A DNA stretch of 64,000 bases. It comes from Bacteroidia bacterium. Its GTDB lineage: Bacteria > Bacteroidota > Bacteroidia > Bacteroidales > Paludibacteraceae. Location: assembly GCA_009929375.1 (NCBI GenBank), contig SAAO01000003.1, positions 53,128 to 117,127 on the forward strand, read 5' to 3'. How positions within the stretch are numbered: position 1 is the first letter of the stretch; the number at the start of each line of letters is the position of its first letter. Made by a program: the position numbers and the translations under genes. Under the pieces are notes generated by a model that made no database searches, was not told where the DNA came from, and saw only the letters and a program-made list of their open reading frames with translations. Shown here piece after piece: positions 18,214-27,455 of the stretch.

Positions 18214-19463
18214 AAAACAAGCTCATACCCGTTCTGCTAATAGTCTGCACATTGCCTCTGATTTTTTCGTGCAGCGAGAAAAAAGAAGTGACCGAAGTGG
18301 CTCTTGGCAAAGTAACCAAAGGCACGCTGTTTCTCGAAATTTACGAGGAAGGAGAAGTGGAGGCCATCAATTCCACCAACATCACTGCACCAAACATTTC
18401 GTGGCGTTTCGGCAACCTGAAAATCACCTCCATTGTAAAAGATGGAAAAGAGGTGCAGGAAGGCGACACGCTGATTGTTTTCGATCCTTCGGAAGTGCTT
18501 AAAGGAGTGACTGATGCTGAATCGCGTCTCGAAATAAATATGGCGGAACTCGAGAGAATGGAAGCTCAGCATCAGTCCGACCTCGAAGAACTGCATGCCG
18601 ACTATGAAGTGACCCGTATTTCGCAGGAAATTTCGAAAATCCGCTTCGAGTCGGCCGGATACGAAGCCGATATTAAGCGCAAGGAAATTCAGCTCAACCT
18701 CGAAAAAGCAAACATTGCGCTGGCCCGCGCCAAAGAGCAGATCGACAACCGAATCAAAATTCAAAAAGAAGAAATAAAGCAGAAAAAACTGTCTATCGAT
18801 CAGGACAAAGCACGGCTCGATGAGGCGCACGAAACGCTTCGCAAACTGCAACTGATTTCGCCGTCGTCGGGTATTGCCATTATCAACCGCAACTGGAGTA
18901 CAGGTAATAAATTCCAGCTTGGCGACCAGACGTGGTCGGGATTTCCGCTTATTCAACTTCCCGATTTGTCAACTTTGAGAGCAGTCGTAAAAATCAACGA
19001 AGTGGACATTGCCAAAATTCAAAAGGGCCTGAAGGTTGAAATAAAGCCAGATGCTTTTTCCGATAGCGTGTACACCGGAACTGTAAATACAGTGGCCAAT
19101 CTGGCTGTCAATAAGGATGGAAGTTCGAAAATCAAGGTTTTTCCTGTGGAAATAAATATAAACGAAAAAAGCGAAAAATTGCTTCCCGGACTTACCGTAA
19201 GTTGCCGGATTATTATCGGGAAAGTTGAAAACGCTTTGCTCCTGCCTATCGATGCCATTCGTACCGAAGGCGATGTAAGTTTTGTGTATAAAAAAACCAG
19301 CAAAGGTTACGAAAAAACAGTGGTCGAAACCGGCGAGTCGAACTCAGACCATATCGTCATTCTGAGCGGACTTGAGGAAAATGACACAGTAGCGCTCTCC
19401 GATCCTTATGCAGGAGTTGAAAAGGATAAAAAGGAAAACAAAACTGAAGCGAAGGAGGAATAA
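18210..19463 (+). CDS. HlyD-family periplasmic adaptor lipoprotein, paralog 2
   Basis: ATGA overlap with paralog 1. Lipobox IFSC. GDTLIVFD...coiled coil...LISPSSGIA. Confidence 0.8.
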   Translation: MKNKLIPVLLIVCTLPLIFSCSEKKEVTEVALGKVTKGTLFLEIYEEGEVEAINSTNITAPNISWRFGNLKITSIVKDGKEVQEGDTLIVFDPSEVLKGVTDAESRLEINMAELERMEAQHQSDLEELHADYEVTRISQEISKIRFESAGYEADIKRKEIQLNLEKANIALARAKEQIDNRIKIQKEEIKQKKLSIDQDKARLDEAHETLRKLQLISPSSGIAIINRNWSTGNKFQLGDQTWSGFPLIQLPDLSTLRAVVKINEVDIAKIQKGLKVEIKPDAFSDSVYTGTVNTVANLAVNKDGSSKIKVFPVEININEKSEKLLPGLTVSCRIIIGKVENALLLPIDAIRTEGDVSFVYKKTSKGYEKTVVETGESNSDHIVILSGLEENDTVALSDPYAGVEKDKKENKTEAKEE

Positions 19464-19465
19464 GC

Positions 19466-20455
19466 ATGTTTAAATCATTCAAATATATACTCCCGCTTAT
19501 ATTGCTGACCTTTATGGGCTGCAAAAAAGAGAGTGCCGGAGAAAAAGCACTCACCGACAATGGAAACCGCATAGTGGAAACCGGCGAACTTGCCGCCATC
19601 GACTCGCGTGCTTTTGTATTGCAACGCTACGGACGCTATTGGTACCAAATGAAAATCATTGGTTTACTGAAACATGGCTCCAAAGTAAGTGCAGGCGACT
19701 CTATTATTCAACTCGATCCTACCGAAATAAAAAAATACATTATCGACCGCGAGGGTGAACTTGAAACTCAAATTGCAGCACTCGAGAAACTGAAAGTGGA
19801 TCAGAGCAACCGCAGAAATGACCTGGAATCGAACCTGAAAAGCGAAACTGCATCATTCAACCTGAGAAAACTTGAAATGGAATCGTCGCGATTCGAATCG
19901 GTTCGTATCCGCAAGATCAAGGAGCTGGAATTCGAACAGGCTAAAATTGGATTTGCAAAAGTGCAACGACAACTTAATCTCAACAAAATCAAAGAAAATT
20001 CAGATCTGAAAATTCAGAAAATCAGAATCAGTCGTTTGAAAGATGAAATTAAAAGTGCCTACGACATACTTCCACAGCTCACCATACGCACTCCTATCGA
20101 TGGAATTTTTCAGGTTGGTATTAATCAGCGTACAGGTCAAATGCTGAAAGTCGGCGACGAAATTTATGTGGGAAACAACATGGGTAACGTGCCTGCGCTG
20201 AAATGGATGAAAGTGAATACGACCATTAGCGAAAACGACTTTATGAAAATAGCTGTGGGGCAAAAAGTGACTGTACGACTCGACGCACTTCCCAAAGTTG
20301 AGTTCAAAGGCGAAATTATGTATGTAGGAAAACTTTGCCGTCTCAAGGAAAACAAATCGAAACAAAAGGTTTTTGATGTGGAAGTAAAAATACTGACCTC
20401 CGACGAAAGACTGAAACCGGGAATGACCGTAAGTTGCGAATACCTTTTAAAATAA
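19466..20455 (+). CDS. HlyD-family periplasmic adaptor lipoprotein, paralog 3
   Basis: Starts 2 nt after paralog 2. Lipobox FMGC. GDSIIQLD...coiled coil...IRTPIDGIF. Confidence 0.8.
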   Translation: MFKSFKYILPLILLTFMGCKKESAGEKALTDNGNRIVETGELAAIDSRAFVLQRYGRYWYQMKIIGLLKHGSKVSAGDSIIQLDPTEIKKYIIDREGELETQIAALEKLKVDQSNRRNDLESNLKSETASFNLRKLEMESSRFESVRIRKIKELEFEQAKIGFAKVQRQLNLNKIKENSDLKIQKIRISRLKDEIKSAYDILPQLTIRTPIDGIFQVGINQRTGQMLKVGDEIYVGNNMGNVPALKWMKVNTTISENDFMKIAVGQKVTVRLDALPKVEFKGEIMYVGKLCRLKENKSKQKVFDVEVKILTSDERLKPGMTVSCEYLLK

Positions 20456-20461
20456 GACCAC

Positions 20462-21700
20462 ATGCAATACGAAGAAAACATCAGAGTGGCGCTGCGAGCG
20501 CTTATCGATCATAAATTCCGCTCATTCCTTACCATGCTCGGTATCATTTTCGGGGTGGCTTCGGTAATAACCATGCTCTCGATTGGCGAAGGTGCCAAGC
20601 GCGAAGCCATTGCCAAATATCAGGATTTGGGGGTGAACAACATTATTATTCGCGAGAAAAAACTCAGCGATCAGGAACTCGAAGAAGTGCGCGCCAAATT
20701 TTCGCCCGGACTTTCGCTACAGGATGCATCAGTAATCAAAGAAATTGTTCCCGGTGTTACCAATACAGCCTCGCAATCGGAACTCAGCACCGACGTAAAA
20801 TATTCCGACAAGTCGGCCAAATCAACTGTCATTGGTATCACTCCCGAGTTTGTAAACATTATGAACTACAAAACGGGGAAAGGCGAATTTATTGGTGAAA
20901 AACATTACAACTCAGCTCTGCGCGTTTGTGTATTGGGTGCAGGAGTAGCGAGAACGCTGTTTGGTTCCGAAAATCCCATCGGGAAAATGGTCAAAATATC
21001 GGATCAGTGGTTCGAAGTTTTGGGCGTGCTCCAGTCGAAAACGCTTTTTACCGAAACTGTGGGTGAACTTGCTGCCCGCGACCTGAACAACGATATTTAT
21101 GTGCCACTCAGCACTTTTCTGAATCGCTTCACACACGAAAATGTACTGGCAAGTCAGATTCAGCAAATCACCGTGCAGGTCGAAAGTTCCGAACGCCTGG
21201 TGGAAGCCTCGAAACTTATCAATGGTATTTTGCAACGCCATCATTTCAACAACGAAGACTACAACATTGTCATTCCTTTTGAATTGCTTCGTCAGGAAGA
21301 AAAGGAACGACAGATTTATAACTTCCTGCTGGGTGCCATTGCAGCAATTTCGCTGGTGGTGGGCGGCATCGGAATTATGAATATTATGCTTGCCACTGTA
21401 ATGGAGCGAACACGCGAAATTGGTATTCGTCGTGCCATCGGAGCACGCAAATCCGACATTATGAGTCAGTTTGTGACCGAAGCCGTAGCCATAAGTATCA
21501 CCGGTGGCATTATAGGCGTTATTCTCGGCGTCAGTCTGTCGCTTTCGGTATCGCTCTTTACCGACATCAAAACAGTAATTCCACTCTATTCTGTGCTTGT
21601 GGCCTTTGGATTTTCGGTGATTGTGGGTATTAGTTTTGGTTATCTGCCTGCTAAAAATGCAGCCAATCTGAAACCAATTGAATCCATCAGATACGAATAA
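20462..21700 (+). CDS. ABC transporter permease, MacB/FtsX type
   Basis: N-terminal TM helix, large periplasmic domain, C-terminal FtsX 3-TM block (RTREIGIRRAIGARKSDI). 412 aa. Confidence 0.85.
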   Translation: MQYEENIRVALRALIDHKFRSFLTMLGIIFGVASVITMLSIGEGAKREAIAKYQDLGVNNIIIREKKLSDQELEEVRAKFSPGLSLQDASVIKEIVPGVTNTASQSELSTDVKYSDKSAKSTVIGITPEFVNIMNYKTGKGEFIGEKHYNSALRVCVLGAGVARTLFGSENPIGKMVKISDQWFEVLGVLQSKTLFTETVGELAARDLNNDIYVPLSTFLNRFTHENVLASQIQQITVQVESSERLVEASKLINGILQRHHFNNEDYNIVIPFELLRQEEKERQIYNFLLGAIAAISLVVGGIGIMNIMLATVMERTREIGIRRAIGARKSDIMSQFVTEAVAISITGGIIGVILGVSLSLSVSLFTDIKTVIPLYSVLVAFGFSVIVGISFGYLPAKNAANLKPIESIRYE

Positions 21701-21734
21701 TTCTGCATTTTAATTGTAACTCAAAAATGTCATC

Positions 21735-22427
21735 ATGTTAATCGAAATAAAAGACTTATACAAAAACTACGTCATGGGCGAGCTCGAAGTTCCGGCTCTG
21801 TTGGATATCAACGTGCAAATTGCCAAAAACGAATATGTGGCCATCATGGGCCCTTCTGGTTCGGGAAAATCCACGCTGATGAACATTCTCGGCTGTCTCG
21901 ACACACCCACATCAGGACAATATCTGTTTAACGGAGTAGATGTAAGTCAGCTCGACGACGATGCACTTTCGGCCATGCGAAACCGTGAGATTGGGTTTAT
22001 TTTCCAGAATTTCAATCTATTGCCAAAACTTACCGCTTTGCAAAATGTGGAACTTCCGCTTGTATATGCCGGAGCAAACAAGCACGAAAGACACGAAAGA
22101 GCTGTTCAGGCGCTGGAGAAAGTTGGCCTTGCAGAGCGTATGAGTCACAAACCAACCGAACTGAGTGGTGGACAGCGTCAACGTGTGGCCATTGCCCGTG
22201 CGTTGGTGTCGAAGCCCGGCATTCTGCTGGCTGATGAGCCCACGGGAGCACTCGACTCGAAAACAGGTGTCGAAATTATGGCACTTTTCGACGAACTGCA
22301 GCGCGAAGGCAACACCATTATTGTGATTACACACGAACAGGAAATAGCCGACTATGCACATCGCACCATTTTTATAAAAGATGGTCGCATTCATTCCGAC
22401 ACACCAAATCAAAAAAGAAATTTCTAA
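21735..22427 (+). CDS. ABC transporter ATP-binding protein (MacB/LolD-type)
   Basis: Walker [10 protein letters not shown], signature LSGGQRQR, Walker [12 protein letters not shown]. Confidence 0.9.
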   Translation: MLIEIKDLYKNYVMGELEVPALLDINVQIAKNEYVAIMGPSGSGKSTLMNILGCLDTPTSGQYLFNGVDVSQLDDDALSAMRNREIGFIFQNFNLLPKLTALQNVELPLVYAGANKHERHERAVQALEKVGLAERMSHKPTELSGGQRQRVAIARALVSKPGILLADEPTGALDSKTGVEIMALFDELQREGNTIIVITHEQEIADYAHRTIFIKDGRIHSDTPNQKRNF

Positions 22428-22441
22428 AAAATATTTTCTCT

Positions 22442-23923
22442 ATGAAGAAACTGCTGCTCCCCGCCATTGTTCTGTTTTTCAGCCTGAACGCTGCAAAAGC
22501 CGAAACTTACAATCTCGATCTGGCCAAAAGTATCGAAATTGCAAAAGAGAAAAGTTACACCATGAAAAATCTGGTGCAGGACTTTAAAATTGCCGAGTAC
22601 AATCTGAAGTCGGCTACCAGCCGTTTCCGCACGCACATCGACCTGAATTTTGTGGCGCCCGAGTATACCGAAACCATTCGTACTTTTGAGGATAGCACCG
22701 GTATTACTTTTTATCCGGTGAAACAACTTCAGTATCAGACAAATCTGGTTATTAATCAACCACTTCCCACCGATGGTAATATTTACATCCGCAGCGGACT
22801 GGCAAACTACGACGATTATTTCAGCAATTACCGATCGAGCTATCTCAGCACACGATTCGGACTTACGCAGCCTATCGATGCGCTTTATGGCTACAATTCT
22901 ATTAAATCATCTTTAAAACAGGCACAACTGGCTTACGAACGTTCGAGCAAACAACTCAAACGTGAAGAACTGAATCTGGTGTACGATGTGAGTAGTGCTT
23001 TCTACAATTTGCTTTCGGTGCAAAAAAGCGAGGAAATTGCCCGACTTGACCTTGATCGTCAGAAAGAAGCATTCACCATTGCCAAAAATAAATACGAAGC
23101 CGGACTTATCCGCGAAGTGGATGCGCTGCAAATGGAAGTCGATCTGGCCGAAGCACAGAACAATTACGACATGGCCATTGTGAGTCTGAATTCTGCCATG
23201 AACGCCTTCAAACATATGATTGGAATAGAGCTTACCGACGAAGTAGTGATTAGTTCCAAATTCGAATACGAAGTGGTGATTGTTGATCCGGACAGAGCCG
23301 TACAACTGGCCATGGCCAACCGACTCGAAATCAGAGAACAGGAAATTCAGATTGAATTGAATAAAATGAGCGTAAAACAGCAAAAAGCTCAGGGCATGAT
23401 TCGCGGGAATCTGAATGCATATTACGAAAAAGCAGGTGTCAGTCAGAGCGATATCAACACAAGGTTGGAAACCACCATTCAGCGCTCCTATCAAAACTTT
23501 CTGGATCGTCCGCAAAATTTCGGAGTTGGGTTTACAATTTCCGTTCCGTTGCTCGACTGGGGTGAAAACCGCGCTTTGGTGCGTGCAGCTGAATCGCGAC
23601 TGAAACAGAATGTACTTCGCAAGGAAGAAGTTCAGCGCAGTATTGAACGTGAAGTCCGCAATCTGGTCGACGATCTGAACAGCAGTTTGAAACGACTTCA
23701 GTTGCTCGAAAAGAACGTAAAAGTAGCTGAGAAAAGTTTCGAAATCACCCGTCAGCGCTTCTCCGACGGCGACATCGACAGTCAGGCGCTCGCTCTCGAA
23801 CGCAACCGACTCAACAACGCTTACAACTCACACCTGCGTGCATATATCAATTACCAGCTGAAACTTGCTGACATTATGCGCAAAACTTTCTACGATTTTC
23901 AGAAGAATCAGGAAATAAAATAG
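22442..23923 (+). CDS. TolC-family outer-membrane efflux protein
   Basis: Signal peptide. Two coiled-coil/beta repeat halves typical of OEP/TolC. 493 aa. Last gene of the operon. Confidence 0.8.
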   Translation: MKKLLLPAIVLFFSLNAAKAETYNLDLAKSIEIAKEKSYTMKNLVQDFKIAEYNLKSATSRFRTHIDLNFVAPEYTETIRTFEDSTGITFYPVKQLQYQTNLVINQPLPTDGNIYIRSGLANYDDYFSNYRSSYLSTRFGLTQPIDALYGYNSIKSSLKQAQLAYERSSKQLKREELNLVYDVSSAFYNLLSVQKSEEIARLDLDRQKEAFTIAKNKYEAGLIREVDALQMEVDLAEAQNNYDMAIVSLNSAMNAFKHMIGIELTDEVVISSKFEYEVVIVDPDRAVQLAMANRLEIREQEIQIELNKMSVKQQKAQGMIRGNLNAYYEKAGVSQSDINTRLETTIQRSYQNFLDRPQNFGVGFTISVPLLDWGENRALVRAAESRLKQNVLRKEEVQRSIEREVRNLVDDLNSSLKRLQLLEKNVKVAEKSFEITRQRFSDGDIDSQALALERNRLNNAYNSHLRAYINYQLKLADIMRKTFYDFQKNQEIK

Positions 23924-23928
23924 GCATT

Positions 23929-23967
23929 ATCCCCGAAAACAACAATTGTTTTCGGGGATATTTTTTT
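23929..23967 (+). terminator. Intrinsic terminator after the efflux operon
   Basis: ATCCCCGAAAAC-aacaatt-GTTTTCGGGGAT followed by TTTTTTT. Confidence 0.8.
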
Positions 23968-23992
23968 ACTTTTGTCTGAAAATAAAAATTTT

Positions 23993-24355
23993 ATGAATTA
24001 CGAAGATCTTCGCGACTACTGTCTGAGTCTGAAAGGTGTTACCGAGCATTTTCCTTTCGATGAATTCAGCCTTGTAATGAAAGTGCAGGGTAAAATGTTT
24101 GCGCTGCTGCCACTCGACAATCCCGAAACTCAGATTGCACTGAAATGCGATCCGGAACGGGCTATTCAGCTGCGCGATGATTTTTCGGCCATTACCGCCG
24201 CTTATCATTTCAACAAAAAACACTGGAATTCAGTGCGCGTCGATCCGGCCATTTCGGCAAAATTTATGCAGGAACTTATCCGGCATTCGTACGATTTGGT
24301 GGTTGATGGTTTGCCTAAAAAATTAAAAGAGGAATTAAATATTTGGAATGATTAA
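23993..24355 (+). CDS. MmcQ/YjbR-family protein
   Basis: MNYEDLRDYCLSLKGVTEHFPFDE...FALL...LKCDP are typical YjbR blocks. First ATG is at 23993. Confidence 0.7.
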   Translation: MNYEDLRDYCLSLKGVTEHFPFDEFSLVMKVQGKMFALLPLDNPETQIALKCDPERAIQLRDDFSAITAAYHFNKKHWNSVRVDPAISAKFMQELIRHSYDLVVDGLPKKLKEELNIWND

Positions 24356-24479
24356 ATGTCGTATAAATCTATTCAACTATTTTTTCTTGAACACAACGGC
24401 ACAAAGTCGCTAAGACGCTATGTGTATTTAAACTTTCTGTCTTTGCGTCGTCGCGACTTAGCGTTCAAAATACGACATT
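24355..24479. mobile_element. MITE-like ~125-bp palindromic element with perfect 10-bp terminal inverted repeats AATGTCGTAT
   Basis: AATGTCGTAT at 24355..24364 versus ATACGACATT at 24470..24479. Interior left arm is CACAAAGTCGCTAAGACGC; right arm is TCTTTGCGTCGTCGCGACTTAGCG. No ORF. Confidence 0.55.
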
Positions 24480-24533
24480 ATATTTATCATATTTCTTAAA
24501 CAGTTTGTAGCTCCAGCTATCTTCAGAACATTT

Positions 24534-24986
24534 ATGCGCATATTAATTCAGAGAGTAAACGAAGCCTCGGTAGAAATTGAGGGAGAAATAAAAGCCTCGA
24601 TTGGCGTAGGATTGCTGGTACTTGTTGGCATTGAAGAAGCCGACACAAAAGAAGATAGCGACTGGCTTGCCGGGAAGCTGGTGGGGCTACGCATTTTCGA
24701 CGACGAAAACGGAGTCATGAATCGTTCTATAGCTGATAAAAATGGTGAAGTACTGATTGTGAGTCAGTTTACGCTTCATGCAATGACTAAAAAAGGCAAT
24801 CGTCCTTCGTACATAAAAGCAGCAAAACACGAAACAGCCATTCCGCTTTACGAACATTTTTGCAAATCGGTGTCCGAAAAATTGGGAAAAGAAGTAAAAA
24901 CAGGTACCTTTGCAGCGGACATGAAAGTGGCTTTGATCAATAACGGTCCTGTCACCATTTGGATCGACAGTAAAAACAAAGAATAG
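24534..24986 (+). CDS. dtd: D-aminoacyl-tRNA deacylase
   Basis: MRILIQRV...VSQFTLHA...NNGPVT. 150 aa. Confidence 0.9.
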   Translation: MRILIQRVNEASVEIEGEIKASIGVGLLVLVGIEEADTKEDSDWLAGKLVGLRIFDDENGVMNRSIADKNGEVLIVSQFTLHAMTKKGNRPSYIKAAKHETAIPLYEHFCKSVSEKLGKEVKTGTFAADMKVALINNGPVTIWIDSKNKE

Positions 24987-25028
24987 TCAGGCTGAAAATC
25001 AGCGTATAGCTGTAAAAATTTAAACAAA

Positions 25029-25697
25029 ATGATAAAAAAGCATATTCCGAATTTTATTACCTGCCTGAATTTATTTTCGGGTGCGATGGCAGTATATTTT
25101 GCTTTTCAGGCAAACTACGAGCTTGTTTTGATTTTGGTTTTACTGGCTGCAGTGTTCGATTTTCTCGATGGTTTTGCAGCCCGTTTGCTCAAAGCTTACT
25201 CGCCAATGGGCAAGGAACTCGACTCACTGGCTGATGTCATCAGTTTCGGACTAGCGCCCGGCGCGGTGGCATTCTCGATGCTACAAGCCAGCGAATTACC
25301 TGAATGGGTGGCCTTTGCAGGTTTTATAATTCCGGTATTTTCAGCACTCCGATTGGCTAAATTCAATATCGACGAGCGCCAGACTACATCCTTTATCGGC
25401 ATGCCCACACCTGCCAACGCCATTTTCTGGATTGGTTTGGGATTTTCGTATCACGAAACTTTAGCACAACAACCCTATTTCGTGCTTGGTTTTATTGCGT
25501 TAATGAGCCTTTTACTTGTGTCGGAGCTACCGATGTTCTCATTGAAATTCAAGAATTTGAAGTGGAAAGACAATAGCTGGCAATTCGTATTTCTGGCTGT
25601 CTGTTGTTGCCTGCTGATATTTCTGAAACTCGATGCATTCGCCCCGATAATTGGCTGTTACATAACAATTTCTATCACAAAACGATTTGTTGGATAA
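25029..25697 (+). CDS. pssA: CDP-diacylglycerol--serine O-phosphatidyltransferase (CDP-alcohol phosphatidyltransferase family)
   Basis: DFLDGFAARLLKAYSPMGKELDSLADVISFG matches D(x)2DG(x)2AR...G(x)3D(x)3D. Multi-TM protein. Confidence 0.8.
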   Translation: MIKKHIPNFITCLNLFSGAMAVYFAFQANYELVLILVLLAAVFDFLDGFAARLLKAYSPMGKELDSLADVISFGLAPGAVAFSMLQASELPEWVAFAGFIIPVFSALRLAKFNIDERQTTSFIGMPTPANAIFWIGLGFSYHETLAQQPYFVLGFIALMSLLLVSELPMFSLKFKNLKWKDNSWQFVFLAVCCCLLIFLKLDAFAPIIGCYITISITKRFVG

Positions 25698-25719
25698 AAA
25701 TTCGTAACATATCACATAA

Positions 25720-25760
25720 AACGGGAAAGTGCTCTGAAACAGACTTTCCCGTTTTTATTT
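25720..25760 (+). terminator. Intrinsic terminator after pssA
   Basis: AACGGGAAAGT-gctctgaaacag-ACTTTCCCGTT followed by a T-run. Confidence 0.8.
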
Positions 25761-25773
25761 TTCATTACCATGC

Positions 25774-25789
25774 TATTTTTGTACTTTTG
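25774..25789 (+). promoter_or_regulatory. Two adjacent -7 boxes TATTTTTG and TACTTTTG
   Basis: Both are exact TAnnTTTG, 28-36 nt upstream of GTG 25817. Confidence 0.45.
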
Positions 25790-25816
25790 TATCTTTAAAT
25801 TGTAAATTCTAAAAGA

Positions 25817-26713
25817 GTGTCAGTCAGCATTTCCAATCTTTCGAAAAACTACGGCGAACAAAAGGTATTGAACAATATCGGGTTCGAAATCGGCGAAGGC
25901 GAAGTGGTTGGTTTTCTCGGTCCAAACGGCGCCGGAAAAACCACAACCATGAAAATCATTGCCGGCACTCTGTCGTACAATACAGGCTCGGTAAAGGTTT
26001 GTGGCCTCGAAGTGAAGGATAATACGCTGCAAACAAATGCATTGATAGGCTATTTGCCTGAGCAGAATCCACTTTACACCGAAATGTATGTAAAGGAATA
26101 TCTGCTTTTTGTAGCCGAAACACATGGCATAAAAAAGGATCGCGAAAAACTGGTAAACGAACTGATTGAGAAAGTCGGACTTACGCCTGAGTTTCACAAA
26201 AAAATCGGACAACTCTCGAAAGGTTACCGTCAGCGCGTAGGATTGGCTCAGGCATTGGTGCCGAACCCGAAAGTGTTGATACTCGACGAGCCAACTACCG
26301 GACTCGACCCTAATCAGCTCGAAGAAATCCGCAATCTGATTCGTGAGTTGGGAAAAGACCGGACGGTGATACTCAGCACACACATTATGCAGGAAATAAA
26401 AGCCATTTGTAACCGTGTGATTATTATCAACAAAGGCGAAATTGTGGCCGATTATCCTGATATTTCGAAAATCAGTCAGTTTGGCGAAAACAATTTGCAA
26501 TTCGAAGTGGAGTTTTTACGCGAAACCGGGATTTCAGGAATAGAAGGAATAATTGATGTTTCGGCAAAAGGAAAAAACACCTATACGATTCTGGCTTCGG
26601 GCGATATTCGTGCTGAGATATTTGATTTCGCAGTAAAATCCGGAAATAAAATTCTGACAATGAAAACCGTTGAACGCAGCATGGAGGAAGTATTTAAAGA
26701 TTTGACAAAATAA
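25817..26713 (+). CDS. ABC transporter ATP-binding protein, GldA-like (gliding-motility-associated type)
   Basis: GTG start. Walker A GPNGAGKTT, signature LSKGYRQR, Walker B ILDEPTTGLD. 298 aa with an ABC-2-type C-terminal domain. Confidence 0.8.
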   Translation: MSVSISNLSKNYGEQKVLNNIGFEIGEGEVVGFLGPNGAGKTTTMKIIAGTLSYNTGSVKVCGLEVKDNTLQTNALIGYLPEQNPLYTEMYVKEYLLFVAETHGIKKDREKLVNELIEKVGLTPEFHKKIGQLSKGYRQRVGLAQALVPNPKVLILDEPTTGLDPNQLEEIRNLIRELGKDRTVILSTHIMQEIKAICNRVIIINKGEIVADYPDISKISQFGENNLQFEVEFLRETGISGIEGIIDVSAKGKNTYTILASGDIRAEIFDFAVKSGNKILTMKTVERSMEEVFKDLTK

Positions 26714-26900
26714 AATGTCACGCAAAGGCGCTAAGATGCAAAGGATAGTTTTTCTTTAAAAGCTTTTGAAAAGAAAATGGCCTTCTGTTTTTTGTAAAAA
26801 GAATAGTCTATCGATTGCTTTTCATAATTACTAAAAGATATTATGTTCAAAATAACATAACTTGAAACTTATAACCATAACTAGAAAAATCTAAACGCAT

Positions 26901-27278
26901 ATGACTGAAAATGAAATATCTAAAATTGTCGTTGATATAGCATATAAAGTCCATACCAAAATTGGCCCGGGTCTTTTGGAGTCTGTTTACGAAGAAATAA
27001 TGTTTTGTGAAATCAAAAATTATGGATTAAAGGTTGAACGTCAAAAAGCTATTCCGGTTTTTTGGAAAGAAAAACAATTAGAAATTGGTTTCAGGGCCGA
27101 CTTAATTGTTGAGAATAAGGTTATAATTGAATTAAAATCGGTTGAAGAAATAGCTCCGGTACATTACAAACAACTTTTGACGTATTTGAAACTGACAGAT
27201 TTAAAGCTTGGATTACTCATAAACTTTAATGAATATCTGATTAAAGATGGCATAAAGCGGATTGTAAATAACTTATGA
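26901..27278 (+). CDS. GxxExxY protein (PD-(D/E)XK nuclease superfamily)
   Basis: GLLESVY is the GxxExxY motif. ADLIVENKVIIELKS is a D..ExK core. 125 aa. A 7-bp hairpin (27322..27338) lies downstream. Confidence 0.8.
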   Translation: MTENEISKIVVDIAYKVHTKIGPGLLESVYEEIMFCEIKNYGLKVERQKAIPVFWKEKQLEIGFRADLIVENKVIIELKSVEEIAPVHYKQLLTYLKLTDLKLGLLINFNEYLIKDGIKRIVNNL

Positions 27279-27386
27279 ATACAGCATTTTGTGAAGGTGC
27301 AAATAAAAATTCAAGAATTTAGAAAATCGAAGATTTTCTCTTTGCGTTCAGTTTTTTCAACTCACAATTTCATAAAAACGACATAT

Positions 27387-27394
27387 TAAATTTG
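27387..27394 (+). promoter_or_regulatory. -7 box TAAATTTG inside the cassette's right flank, upstream of ruvB
   Basis: Exact TAnnTTTG, 62 nt upstream of ATG 27456. Confidence 0.4.
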
Positions 27395-27455
27395 CGACTT
27401 TGCGGCTTTGCGTGAGATAATAATTATTTTAAACGCATCGTGGAAAACATAAAAA

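Larger units (their letters stand above)
26714..27415. mobile_element. Putative single-gene cassette (GxxExxY gene plus inverted word-repeat flanks)
   Basis: Left flank AATGTCACGCAAAGGCGCTAAGATGCAAAGG. Right flank has CTCTTTGCG, ACGACAT and TTTGCGACTTTGCGGCTTTGCGTGA. TCACGCAAAGGCGC (26718..26731) is inverted at 27402..27415 (13/14). AT-rich interior. Confidence 0.5.

Noticed and set aside
18237-18956. Long antisense ORFs opposite well-supported genes: 18237..18956, 25820..26500, 62841..63596, 37465..38172, 36733..37341, 42044..42661, 22913..23515, 27429..27989, 13501..14088.
   Set aside because: Each lies fully inside a gene with clear family motifs on the other strand. Their translations are low-complexity (F/H/R/C-rich) with no motifs or signals. 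This is the usual stop-codon-poor antisense frame artefact.
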